From NCBI GenBank assembly GCA_013115145.1, contig JAAPAO010000107.1, positions 11,953 through 75,952 on the forward strand: a DNA stretch of 64,000 bases. Reading direction: 5' to 3'. The first letter of the stretch is position 1. Each line of letters starts with the position of its first letter. A model generated the notes under the pieces. The model did no database searches. It saw nothing but the letters and a program-made list of their open reading frames with translations, and had not been told where the DNA came from. Source of the DNA: Perkinsus chesapeaki ATCC PRA-425 (Eukaryota; Protista; Perkinsozoa). Positions 49,694-58,732 of this stretch are shown here, piece after piece. The translations under genes were made by a program, and so were the position numbers.

Positions 49694-50902
49694 TCATCCA
49701 TTCGCGTCGTCACGGCGGTGCTGGAGTTCCAGTAAAGCATCTTTCCTGCACCGCGCGCATCTGCAAATGAAACCGTAGGCCTTCTTCAACTTGGATTGCC
49801 GCACGGCAAGCGGCAGGTGTTCGTCAATGTAGCTCTGGAGTACCTCTTCGCCTGCTCGGAGTTCGGCCAGTGCCGTCACTTGCAGAGCCCTCGAGCTTCC
49901 AAAAGATGCCTCGGCATTCGGCGAGCAAGAATGATTAGTTAGCGCCACGCCCCGGTACAGACCGGAGCCGAGGAACTCGGGGAATGGTGTGAGGCTAGGA
50001 GCGTTCTCGTCGTCGTAGGGAACCAGCCTTCGTACTAAGTTCACAAGCCGGGACCACTCTGAGCTTTGTTGAAGAGCTTGGCCGTGTGGACACTGACCTG
50101 CTACTCGAAGTAGGTGAAGTGAGAAATGGTCATAGTTAATGAGCATGTCGTTAACTTCGAAGACTCTTAGCAATCGAGCGTACTGGTCAATCGTAAATTC
50201 ATCGCGCAACTCAGCTAGTTCCGTCTCTGGTATAAGCTTCAAAATGAGCTCATGAGACCGCCGGATGCCCTCATCGATTTCGCCTCGCACGGGGCCAATA
50301 GCAAAGCAAATGAACTCTGAAAGGGCCCGTTCAGCCGTCCAGCTAAACGTCTGCATTCGGTCTGCCATTACAGAGACCGCTTTCGCAGCCAACAAGAAGA
50401 ACTCGTTGTGTTCCAATGCCAAAGTTTGTAGTTCATGACGGACCTTCGGATTGGAGCATAGTCGACCATGTGCTGGTTGGTCTAACCGCTGACAGTCTTC
50501 ACTGCAGTACTGTGATTGGCCACACTTGCAGGGTAAGCCTGTGGGGTTTTGCTGCAAAGAGTCCAGCCAGACGATGTCGGGCACTATAGCGGGAAAGTCC
50601 TCCGCGAGCGACATGTCCTTCAGATCCAGAACGTGGTCAAAAGCATCGGCAAGGCCCCCAACGCTACAGAGGCAGTGCTCACAGCAGATCGCTCCACTGT
50701 AACGAGAGTAAGCAAACTGCATGGCCACGAGGGGATAGCTGTCCTCGTAGATGATGTCTCCCTTAGCGACCTCAGTTCGTGTGAAGATGCCTAGGCCGTG
50801 ACAAACGGTTGATGTGCCGAGTGAAAGAGGTTCGTAGCTTTTAGGATGTTTTCTTTGCCACTCTTTGAAAAGATCGGACAGATCTTCGTGCTTCATCATC
50901 AA
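49694..50902 (-). CDS. SET/MYND (SMYD-like) lysine methyltransferase
   Basis: GLGIF, CEHC..C.C..YCSEDCQ..H..LC, NHSCSPNA, GEEVLQSYID and post-SET FICRCARC. Confidence 0.9.
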   Translation of the reverse strand: MMMKHEDLSDLFKEWQRKHPKSYEPLSLGTSTVCHGLGIFTRTEVAKGDIIYEDSYPLVAMQFAYSRYSGAICCEHCLCSVGGLADAFDHVLDLKDMSLAEDFPAIVPDIVWLDSLQQNPTGLPCKCGQSQYCSEDCQRLDQPAHGRLCSNPKVRHELQTLALEHNEFFLLAAKAVSVMADRMQTFSWTAERALSEFICFAIGPVRGEIDEGIRRSHELILKLIPETELAELRDEFTIDQYARLLRVFEVNDMLINYDHFSLHLLRVAGQCPHGQALQQSSEWSRLVNLVRRLVPYDDENAPSLTPFPEFLGSGLYRGVALTNHSCSPNAEASFGSSRALQVTALAELRAGEEVLQSYIDEHLPLAVRQSKLKKAYGFICRCARCRKDALLELQHRRDDANG

Positions 50903-52344
50903 TCAACTGTCGATGAACCTCATCAGGGAGACTAGTGGAACCCAACATACGAGAACAATACAACAGCCAATAATGCATGAACAGCTGAGAGGATATTCAC
51001 TAATACAAATCCGAAAAATCTAAGCTCCAAGCGCGACTGTGACGTCCACGCTTGGTGCCGATCTGCTGCATTAGAAGTAATGCCTTCTACTGCCACCCGA
51101 TGCCGCTCCGAAAGACGTGTATCTGTCCAGGAACTACCAGCCTTTAAGCAATACTAACATACTGTGTATAATGCCCAGGCCCGGGGGTGACCTTCATATC
51201 GGTTGACTTGCCAGTACTGAAACAAGCGACGCTCTAAATCTTAGCAGTGCGAGTCTCCCACTGAGTGTTAAGGTAGCTCGCCTTGAGCGCTCCAAACCTC
51301 AGCTTCCGCAGTACCTGTGAAGTTTGTATCGATTATCCTACCGAAGTCTTCCTACCGTTTCTTGCTCTTGTGTACCAAAGCGGAAGTCTGGTGCTGAACT
51401 TAGGATATTGCGAGATGTTTGCACGACATCTTTGCTATCGCCGATCTACACAAGACGACGTTCCTCGGCATTTACCACTAGAAGCTGTACTCTGTTCTGT
51501 GCGTTCATTCCAGGGTTGAACTCTTGCGGTGTTCGGTACCGACCAGGCCCCGGCTGCTTGTTCTGGCGAGTAAGAACTTGCACCTGCCACCTGTCCATAT
51601 CGATGGATTTCGCAAACGTACGCCAATTTCCCATAGCAAACGAATTTCACGAGTTAGGCCTCAGAAATAGACAGAATTCCGGATCACTGTGTCCAGTCTT
51701 CACAGAGATCCAAATCGTGGGTAACACATGAGTAAATCAACCACTTCCTCACCCATGTGTCTCGATATCCTCCTCCTGTAGTATACTTTGTATTCTGTAA
51801 ATGGTAGCCTGGTTTTTCCTGAGGCACATGTACGTCTAGTAAATTTCCCCATTTTTCCATCAGAACGGGCCTCTCCTGACTAACCTTATTAGAAGCATGT
51901 TTCGCTCCTCGTCCAACAGTAAACCGCGGCCCAGAGGTCAGAGTGAGAGCGTTTGCGTGCCAGCCTGCCTTCCAATCGCTCGACGGTGTAGAGTATGAGC
52001 GTCGCATTCAAAACGGGTTCTCTAAAAACAGCAGCTGGGACAAGTTGCAAGAAAATTGCAAAACGTGCACCGATTCGTCAGCGGAGCGAAACATTTATCC
52101 GCGCGCGCCCAAAAAATTTTCAAAGTGCGTTGTAGGGAGCCTTCGAGTGTTACTGTGAGTGAAACGAATGGAATATGGTTACTCAGAGCACATTCCCCTC
52201 GTAGATAAAACACAGTCTAAAGATGTCCAGGTTTCGACGCGAAACCATCCGGTTAGACGGCGTTTTCGTCTATTTAGGTGTTTTTGGCTAACGAAACCGC
52301 CCGTTGCTGTTAACAATCTACACCTTTTCAATATCTAGTTAGTC

Positions 52345-52535
52345 CTTGGGAACATCAATTTCGTGGCGGCGAGCGGAGTTGAAGGTCCGAATCCGAAATA
52401 GAGAGATCTTGTTCGCGCTTGGGACATTCAGTTTCGTCTTTGAACTTTCAATTTCGTCCGGACCCAGGAGGTGCCTTCAAGTTCGCTCACTTGAGAAAAT
52501 CAATTTCGTTTTCCGAACGATCAATTTCATCCTAG
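52345..52535. repeat. Degenerate ~72-bp tandem repeat with recurring TCAATTTCG
   Basis: cttg(g/a)g...tcaRtttcg recurs at 52345, 52418 and 52490, with extra tcaatttc copies at 52448 and 52521. Confidence 0.5.
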
Positions 52536-53762
52536 TCTACGTGGTTATGAGTTAAACTATGAACGACTCAACTCTACAGAACTTCTGTTTGCTCAGAAGT
52601 AGATCGACCGGAAGTCTGTGTACCTGGCAGGCAGAAAACTACCTTAAACAATTGAATTGCAAGTGGCAGGAAAACCGCACATCTTAGATTTGAACGCGCG
52701 GGTCATCACTGACGCAACCACGACACAATACTACTGAGAAGGAAACCGATCCGAAATCGGTACCTCACCAAAAGAGAAGATGATTACACGTGAGGAGATC
52801 CTACACAGTAGGATTCATAGCTATAGTGTAAGCTCCAAATTGTGGGTCTTCAGCCGGTTGTTTGCATGTGTGCTGCGATTCGTAGTCCGCTACTTGTGAG
52901 TTTATATGACCTTTCATTCGTATGAGGGTCCTTTGCTGTGACACCAGCGCGGTTGTGACCGTTTAGTTGTCGCTGTTCGGTGGTATCATATAAATGCACG
53001 CATACGCAGTATGCTGTATGCGCGCGGTCTGCCAATGTATTGAACTGGCTGTGCTTGTAGTAATGGTTGTAGTAGACTACTACACTACTACCACTACTAC
53101 TAGTAGTGGTTATAGTAAGTCGATTAGACCGCCCTTGATACTATATGTAATTATCATTCGGGGTATATGGCAGGTGGCGAGGCTAAGATACCTCCAAAAT
53201 ATGAACAGCGATTTCCTGGTTGTACGCGTCCCACTTGACGCAATGTAGCGAGCATCGACACATAACCTTATTTACTGTAGGCCCTTAATGAGGGTCGTAA
53301 CTACTTATCCCCAAGAACTTCTGAATAGCCCCCGGTGGGTTGCCACCGCTCATATCGTCTTTATGGCTTATCATGTATTAGAGCACGTAGTAGGAATGAG
53401 TACCCGATTGGGGTTCTCACACCGCACGTGTACCACCACCAGTGGAGCGCGCCCCTTCCTAATCACTTGAGCGCGGGGCCTCTCCATAAGCTACGCGGAA
53501 CTCGTGAAACCTGATCAATTGTGCTTGATAGTCGAGTCCTGGCTTCCAGTCCGGGCAGAGGGTTTTCTTAGGTTTTGTTGATAGTGGATCGTGAGGTTTC
53601 TTCTTATCCTTAGTTGTCTCGTCTCTCACTTGTGTTTGAGACGTGGCTCTTATCATCCCCAAACTGAAACTCCATCTTCTTTAACCAAGTCTGACACGGT
53701 GGCTAGAACAATAGTACTCTTTTCGGAGGCTTTTCATGAGTTCGGTCGAATAGGCGTAGGTG

Positions 53763-53915
53763 TGTGAAGAGTTGTGTATTGCTGTCTCCCATTAAATTGT
53801 GTAGTGTCCCTTAGCTGATATTTTAGCTATGACAATATCGATCAACTAAGCCCTCCAGTTCATATATCTGTATATATACTTATCTCCTTAAACCCTTTGT
53901 CTAGAGTTATTTACA
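53763..53915 (+). repeat. 5' LTR (153 bp)
   Basis: TGTGAAG...TTTACA; identical by eye to 58537-58689. Confidence 0.97.
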
Positions 53916-53917
53916 TC

Positions 53918-53927
53918 TGGTAGCAGC
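53918..53927 (+). promoter_or_regulatory. Primer-binding site, probably initiator tRNA-Met
   Basis: TGGTAGCAGC lies 2 nt after the LTR and is complementary to a tRNA 3' end ...CUGCUACCA, as in eukaryotic tRNA-iMet. Confidence 0.8.
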
Positions 53928-53933
53928 TCCTCT

Positions 53934-54767
53934 ATGTCGACCTCTTCAACAACCCGTGGTGTACTGCATCCTCCAACTTATGAATTTGGTGAAGACTTTT
54001 CTATATGGGCTGAGCGTTTCAAGCTAATTCTGAAGGTGAATAACTTTGATGAGGCTAAAGGCATAAAGTTGTTACCTTTATATTTGGACCCAACTACTTA
54101 TTCTATTTATAGAGAGTTAGCTGGTTCTGGCGAACCTCAAAGTCTTGGGGAAGCTATCAAAGGACTTTCGATAGCTTTGAGACCAAGAACAGCAACTACA
54201 TGGTTATCCTTCACACACCAGAAAATGCACCCTAAGGAACATCCTATGGACTTTGCTACTCGACTTCGACATATGGCGACTGACCTGATGCCTGGTTTAA
54301 ACAGCACCGAGCGTGACGAACTATGTACTCATCAATTTTTGGCCGGTATCCCCGCTGACTATGCGCGTGTCTTGAGTAACGAAACTTCACAGTTGAAGCT
54401 CTTTGATGCTGCACAGCGAGTACAACAACTCCTTGGTCTAGATGAAGCTAGACTACGTGCTGATTCAACACCAAATGCTGCGGAGCTCCTTGGTTTGCCG
54501 AATACAGAGGAGGCTGATCCTATGTTATCAGAAAATGATCTGGCAGCAATGTCCGAACCGCCAGCCACTGTATCTATGATTAAGTCTGATGGTAATTCCC
54601 ATTTGAACTCTGTTATATGTCATCGGTGCGGTCGCCCAGGTCATTATGCACGAGACTGCCGTATGGATAGGTCTATTGTATGCCGGAAATGTGGTAAAAG
54701 AGGCCATGTTAGCCGAGCTTGCCGTTCTCTCAATAAACAGGGAAACGGACGAGGGGAGGCTCAGTAG
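53934..54767 (+). CDS. gag: Gag with two CX2CX4HX4C zinc knuckles
   Basis: 277 aa with CHRCGRPGHYARDC and CRKCGKRGHVSRAC. Confidence 0.92.
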   Translation: MSTSSTTRGVLHPPTYEFGEDFSIWAERFKLILKVNNFDEAKGIKLLPLYLDPTTYSIYRELAGSGEPQSLGEAIKGLSIALRPRTATTWLSFTHQKMHPKEHPMDFATRLRHMATDLMPGLNSTERDELCTHQFLAGIPADYARVLSNETSQLKLFDAAQRVQQLLGLDEARLRADSTPNAAELLGLPNTEEADPMLSENDLAAMSEPPATVSMIKSDGNSHLNSVICHRCGRPGHYARDCRMDRSIVCRKCGKRGHVSRACRSLNKQGNGRGEAQ

Positions 54768-56773
54768 GCTGTGAAGCTCTCCCCGTTACTTCATTATCTT
54801 GTTGTTTTGCAAGTTATACAGCCTTATTACCACATATTCAAGTACAGATATCTTCTCATATATTGGTGGCACTGGTAGATTCTGGTTCGGTAGTTTCACT
54901 ACTATTAGAGGATGTCTTCTTGAAGAACTATCCGAATGTTTCTCTATGTCCTTCTCCACAACAATTGGTAACTGCAGATGGTCAACAGTTCAAGACATTA
55001 GGAACTGTTAGTCTACCTATAGAAATTGGTAATGATAGTTACTCCTTACGGTTCTATGTAGTTCCAGAACTCCCAGCAAAAGTCATTCTTGGAGCAGATT
55101 TCCTTCGACTGTCAAGATCGTCCCTTGACTTTTCGAAGTCAACATTAACTACTGGTTGTCGGTCTTGTCTACACTTTGTCCCTGACGGTCAAGTCGAAGT
55201 CCAGAATAAAGTCCTAAATGTAATTGATGAAACACAGAAGTCCATATATGATGATCGTCAAATATCTGTCTATCGAGAATCGTCTGGCCGATTCTCTGTC
55301 TCCTGGCATTGGTCTTGTACACCCCCTACGTCACAAGCTAGTCCTGAACCTTTCCTGTCACGATTGGATTCTCAACATCAACAATTCTTTCACGATCAAG
55401 TAGAGTACTACATTAAGCACGGCATCATCGAGGAGATTTCCCCGACAACATTAACATCATATGGTTCTGATTGCAACTTCTTAAAATGGTTTGGAGTTGC
55501 CCAAAAGTCGTCGTCTACACCTTCTCGTCCGATTTGGGATTTTCGTCCTATAAATGAATGTATCTACCATGGCCCTATGAAACAACAATTACTTAGTCAA
55601 CTCCAACAACAACTACGACTTGGCTCTACAATTATAGCTATTGATATATCCAAAGCTTTTTTGGCTATATCTCTACAACCCTCTTTACGACGGTATACCC
55701 TATTCAGGTACAAATCACGGATATACCAACATAAAAGATTAGGCTTTGGAGCCTCTTGTGCTCCACACGCACTAGAAGTGTGTTTTCGCTTACTATTTCA
55801 AGAAGTTGGTTTACATGAACGCCTACGAGAAGGAGGATGGCAACTCATTCAATACATGGATGATCTATTTCTAGTTACACTGGTACCTTGTCCTTCTATG
55901 TCCCCGTCTACTGCTACAAATTTGGTCCTTTCAGTTCTAGCAAAAGCTTTATTCGAAGCACAACCTAAGAAGACTTCGTTCTTAACAGCTACGAAGACTA
56001 AGTGTTTGGTACTTCAAGGCAAGGAGGAGATAGTAGCAAAAGAACAAGCTCAAATGGTTGGTGTGTTTTATAACAAGAAGGATGGTATCGTCTATTATCC
56101 AGCTGTGACTCTGAGAAGGTTTGACTCATCTAAAGACCAACTTACTCGTAGAAAGCTTCTGGGAGTAGTATCCAAGTTGCGTGATCCTCTATTGATACGA
56201 CCACTTTGTAATGTTGTAACTAATTACTTAAAGCATTTAATTGGTTCTATTAACTATGATTGGGATACTATATTTACAGTAGAAGAGTCAAAGCTATGGT
56301 CTGACCGCTTAGAACGACTTCAGCAGATAAATGAAGTGGCATCTTCCACTGCATTGGGATGTCTTCCGCATTCAGGAATTTTGGTTATATATGTTGATGC
56401 GTCTACTAGTGGATTCTCTTGGTTAGCTTATGCTGGTACTAACCCTTCGGATCTATCTTATATAGGAGGAGAGTATGGTATATGGCCTGCTAAACATCAA
56501 GGTAAACACATAAATTACCTTGAGCTTTTAGCATCAGTTCGAGCTTGTAATTATGCTGATAGTCATTATGTTCAAACCTTTTATCCGTCATCTATTTATC
56601 ATGTTGTAGATTCGCAGACTTGCTATCGACAACTTATTTCTGGACGAGCCCATCAAGCTTCTCATAGTGCAGCACTTTGTCAACGACAACTAAGTTATTA
56701 TAGTGAACTTGTATCCGACCCTCATTGGCGACTTTATAACATTGTATTGGTGCCTACTAAAGATAATATATGA
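54737..56773 (+). CDS. pol: Pol, first part: aspartic protease, reverse transcriptase, RNase H
   Basis: ALVDSGS, ILGADFL, RPIWDFRPIN, DISKAF, QYMDD, RRKLLGVVSKLRDPL, YVDAS, ELLA, VDS; ends at an in-frame TGA. Confidence 0.92.
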   Translation, partial: TGKRTRGGSVGCEALPVTSLSCCFASYTALLPHIQVQISSHILVALVDSGSVVSLLLEDVFLKNYPNVSLCPSPQQLVTADGQQFKTLGTVSLPIEIGNDSYSLRFYVVPELPAKVILGADFLRLSRSSLDFSKSTLTTGCRSCLHFVPDGQVEVQNKVLNVIDETQKSIYDDRQISVYRESSGRFSVSWHWSCTPPTSQASPEPFLSRLDSQHQQFFHDQVEYYIKHGIIEEISPTTLTSYGSDCNFLKWFGVAQKSSSTPSRPIWDFRPINECIYHGPMKQQLLSQLQQQLRLGSTIIAIDISKAFLAISLQPSLRRYTLFRYKSRIYQHKRLGFGASCAPHALEVCFRLLFQEVGLHERLREGGWQLIQYMDDLFLVTLVPCPSMSPSTATNLVLSVLAKALFEAQPKKTSFLTATKTKCLVLQGKEEIVAKEQAQMVGVFYNKKDGIVYYPAVTLRRFDSSKDQLTRRKLLGVVSKLRDPLLIRPLCNVVTNYLKHLIGSINYDWDTIFTVEESKLWSDRLERLQQINEVASSTALGCLPHSGILVIYVDASTSGFSWLAYAGTNPSDLSYIGGEYGIWPAKHQGKHINYLELLASVRACNYADSHYVQTFYPSSIYHVVDSQTCYRQLISGRAHQASHSAALCQRQLSYYSELVSDPHWRLYNIVLVPTKDNI
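54740..54784 (+). promoter_or_regulatory. -1 ribosomal frameshift signal (G GGA AAC plus stem-loop)
   Basis: The slippery heptamer is in the gag frame and is followed by a 6-nt spacer and a hairpin ggggag...ctcccc. The pol frame is -1 and open from 54737. Confidence 0.8.
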
Positions 56774-58588
56774 GACCGAGGAACTCGACTAGACCCAATA
56801 ATACAGTATCTTCTAATTGGTAAATCTACTCTTAAAATTGATGATATCTTGTATTATACAGCCCCTGATGTACTTTCAGTTCAACAATTTCGAGAAGTTC
56901 AACAACTATTAGATGCTGGGTCTTCTAAAGAAGTTACATCAGAAGTGACAGAAAGCCCTTCTATAAAACTATGTAATGATAGCACAAAATCTACTAATTG
57001 TGGGAAATTGAGTGGTGTCATATCATTTATTGGTAGTGACCAGCCAGTTACATTGGAAGCTATTAAACAATCCCAAAGAGAAGATCCAGTATGTTCGGTA
57101 TTATACCAAAAAGTTGAAGGTCAAAAACCCTGGGTATTACAAGATGCAGCTCCTGAGGAACTACAGAAATATGCAAAATATCAAACAGATATTAAGTTAT
57201 CCAGTGGTTTGTTGGTACGACATTATGCACCTTATCCCTATTTTGAACCAATCGATATTCCCATGATACCCTTGTCATTAAGACAGAGATTATTATCCAG
57301 TGTACATAATGATGGTCACTTCAGTGGAGATACCCTCTATGACACATTGGTGAAGTTATGTTTTTGGCCAACACTGAGATCTGATTGTATATTGTTTGTT
57401 AAGAAATGTCCAGCATGCACATTGAGAAAAAGATCAGTTTCCCCGGCACCTCTTTATATACATTATGCGACAAGACCTTGGCAAGTGGTTTCTGTTGACT
57501 TTCTTACTATAGATGGGAAGAAACTGCTAACGATGTGCTGTCATTTCAGCAAATGGGCAGTGGCAGTTATGGTCCCTGATGAGACATCTACTACTACTCT
57601 TGGTACTATATCTCGTATCTTTTATGCTTATGGAGTGCCAGATACAATGGTTAGTGACCGTGGTAAGAGTTTTGATAATGATATGTATCGAGAACAGTTA
57701 AATCAGTATGGTGTAATAGCAAGATATTCTTCTGTTGCACATCCAGCAAGTAACGGTCAAGTAGAAAGGTTCCATCGAGTCCTATTGGATCGTATTGAAT
57801 CATACTTGATTATGACTACCAATGGAAATTGGACTCAAGCTTTACCGAAGTTGGTTTATCAGTATAATATTGCTAAGCAGAGCTCCATTGGTATAACGCC
57901 TTTCGAGGCTATGTTTGGAAGACGCCCTCATTATCCTTATCTTCAATTACCACAACGGATGCATAATACTGGACCACACGATGAAGTACATGCAACTATT
58001 ATAGATTATGTTAATGGTCAGTTAGTGAAGGCAAAATCTGCTTATCAAAGGCAGTTTAATAAGAAGACTAAAGTTCCCCAAGATATACCACAAGGCTCTC
58101 CGGTTTTGGTGTATTTCGATTCTATACGTTCTAAGCTACTAACTCATTGGAGAAGAGGATTTACATGTTTGAAGAAACTCGGCCCGGTAACTTATAGTAT
58201 ATGTGTGAATCAAACTGGTCATACTTTTACGTGTCACGTGAATCGTCTACGATTAGATGAAGCTGATTTGTCACTGATTCCTACAAGCTGTAGACGTCAA
58301 CCACTACGAGCACATACATGTATGTCTACCTCAACCACAAAGCCTACTCCAGAGAAGTGGTTTCCTATATCTGATGAAGTTGATAATGATGATTTTAATA
58401 CTGTTCAAGACGGTCAACAACATCGTGTTCAAGTAAATGAAGATATGCGTCGTATATCAACTAGATATGGAAGAACCATCCGTAAACCTAATCGCTATGG
58501 TTACGATAATACTTCACCTCTCAAGGAGGGGAAAATTGTGAAGAGTTGTGTATTGCTGTCTCCCATTAAATTGTGTAGTGTCCCTTAG
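56774..58588 (+). CDS. pol: Pol, second part: integrase, in the same frame after a single TGA
   Basis: HNDGH...CPAC zinc motif, SVDFL, VSDRG, SNGQVERF, TPFEAMFGR, LGPVTY...HVNRL. Confidence 0.9.
   Translation, partial: DRGTRLDPIIQYLLIGKSTLKIDDILYYTAPDVLSVQQFREVQQLLDAGSSKEVTSEVTESPSIKLCNDSTKSTNCGKLSGVISFIGSDQPVTLEAIKQSQREDPVCSVLYQKVEGQKPWVLQDAAPEELQKYAKYQTDIKLSSGLLVRHYAPYPYFEPIDIPMIPLSLRQRLLSSVHNDGHFSGDTLYDTLVKLCFWPTLRSDCILFVKKCPACTLRKRSVSPAPLYIHYATRPWQVVSVDFLTIDGKKLLTMCCHFSKWAVAVMVPDETSTTTLGTISRIFYAYGVPDTMVSDRGKSFDNDMYREQLNQYGVIARYSSVAHPASNGQVERFHRVLLDRIESYLIMTTNGNWTQALPKLVYQYNIAKQSSIGITPFEAMFGRRPHYPYLQLPQRMHNTGPHDEVHATIIDYVNGQLVKAKSAYQRQFNKKTKVPQDIPQGSPVLVYFDSIRSKLLTHWRRGFTCLKKLGPVTYSICVNQTGHTFTCHVNRLRLDEADLSLIPTSCRRQPLRAHTCMSTSTTKPTPEKWFPISDEVDNDDFNTVQDGQQHRVQVNEDMRRISTRYGRTIRKPNRYGYDNTSPLKEGKIVKSCVLLSPIKLCSVP
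58523..58535 (+). promoter_or_regulatory. Polypurine tract
   Basis: AAGGAGGGGAAAA lies 1 nt before the 3' LTR. Confidence 0.9.
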
Positions 58589-58689
58589 CTGATATTTTAG
58601 CTATGACAATATCGATCAACTAAGCCCTCCAGTTCATATATCTGTATATATACTTATCTCCTTAAACCCTTTGTCTAGAGTTATTTACA
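58537..58689 (+). repeat. 3' LTR (153 bp)
   Basis: Identical to the 5' LTR and followed by the TSD GGTG. Confidence 0.97.
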
Positions 58690-58732
58690 GGTGTATTTTT
58701 GCCTGATGATTGATGATTTATTTCAGCTTTCG

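Larger units (their letters stand above)
53763..58689 (+). mobile_element. Full-length LTR retrotransposon (4927 bp) with gag-PR-RT-RH-IN order
   Basis: TG...CA LTRs 53763-53915 and 58537-58689, TSD GGTG at 53759-53762 and 58690-58693, PBS, PPT and gag/pol ORFs. Confidence 0.97.

Noticed and set aside
56771-56773. Genome-wide TGA reassignment as the explanation for the pol stop
   Set aside because: Host genes here (PDE at 13103-13105, kinase at 20155-20157) terminate normally at TGA.
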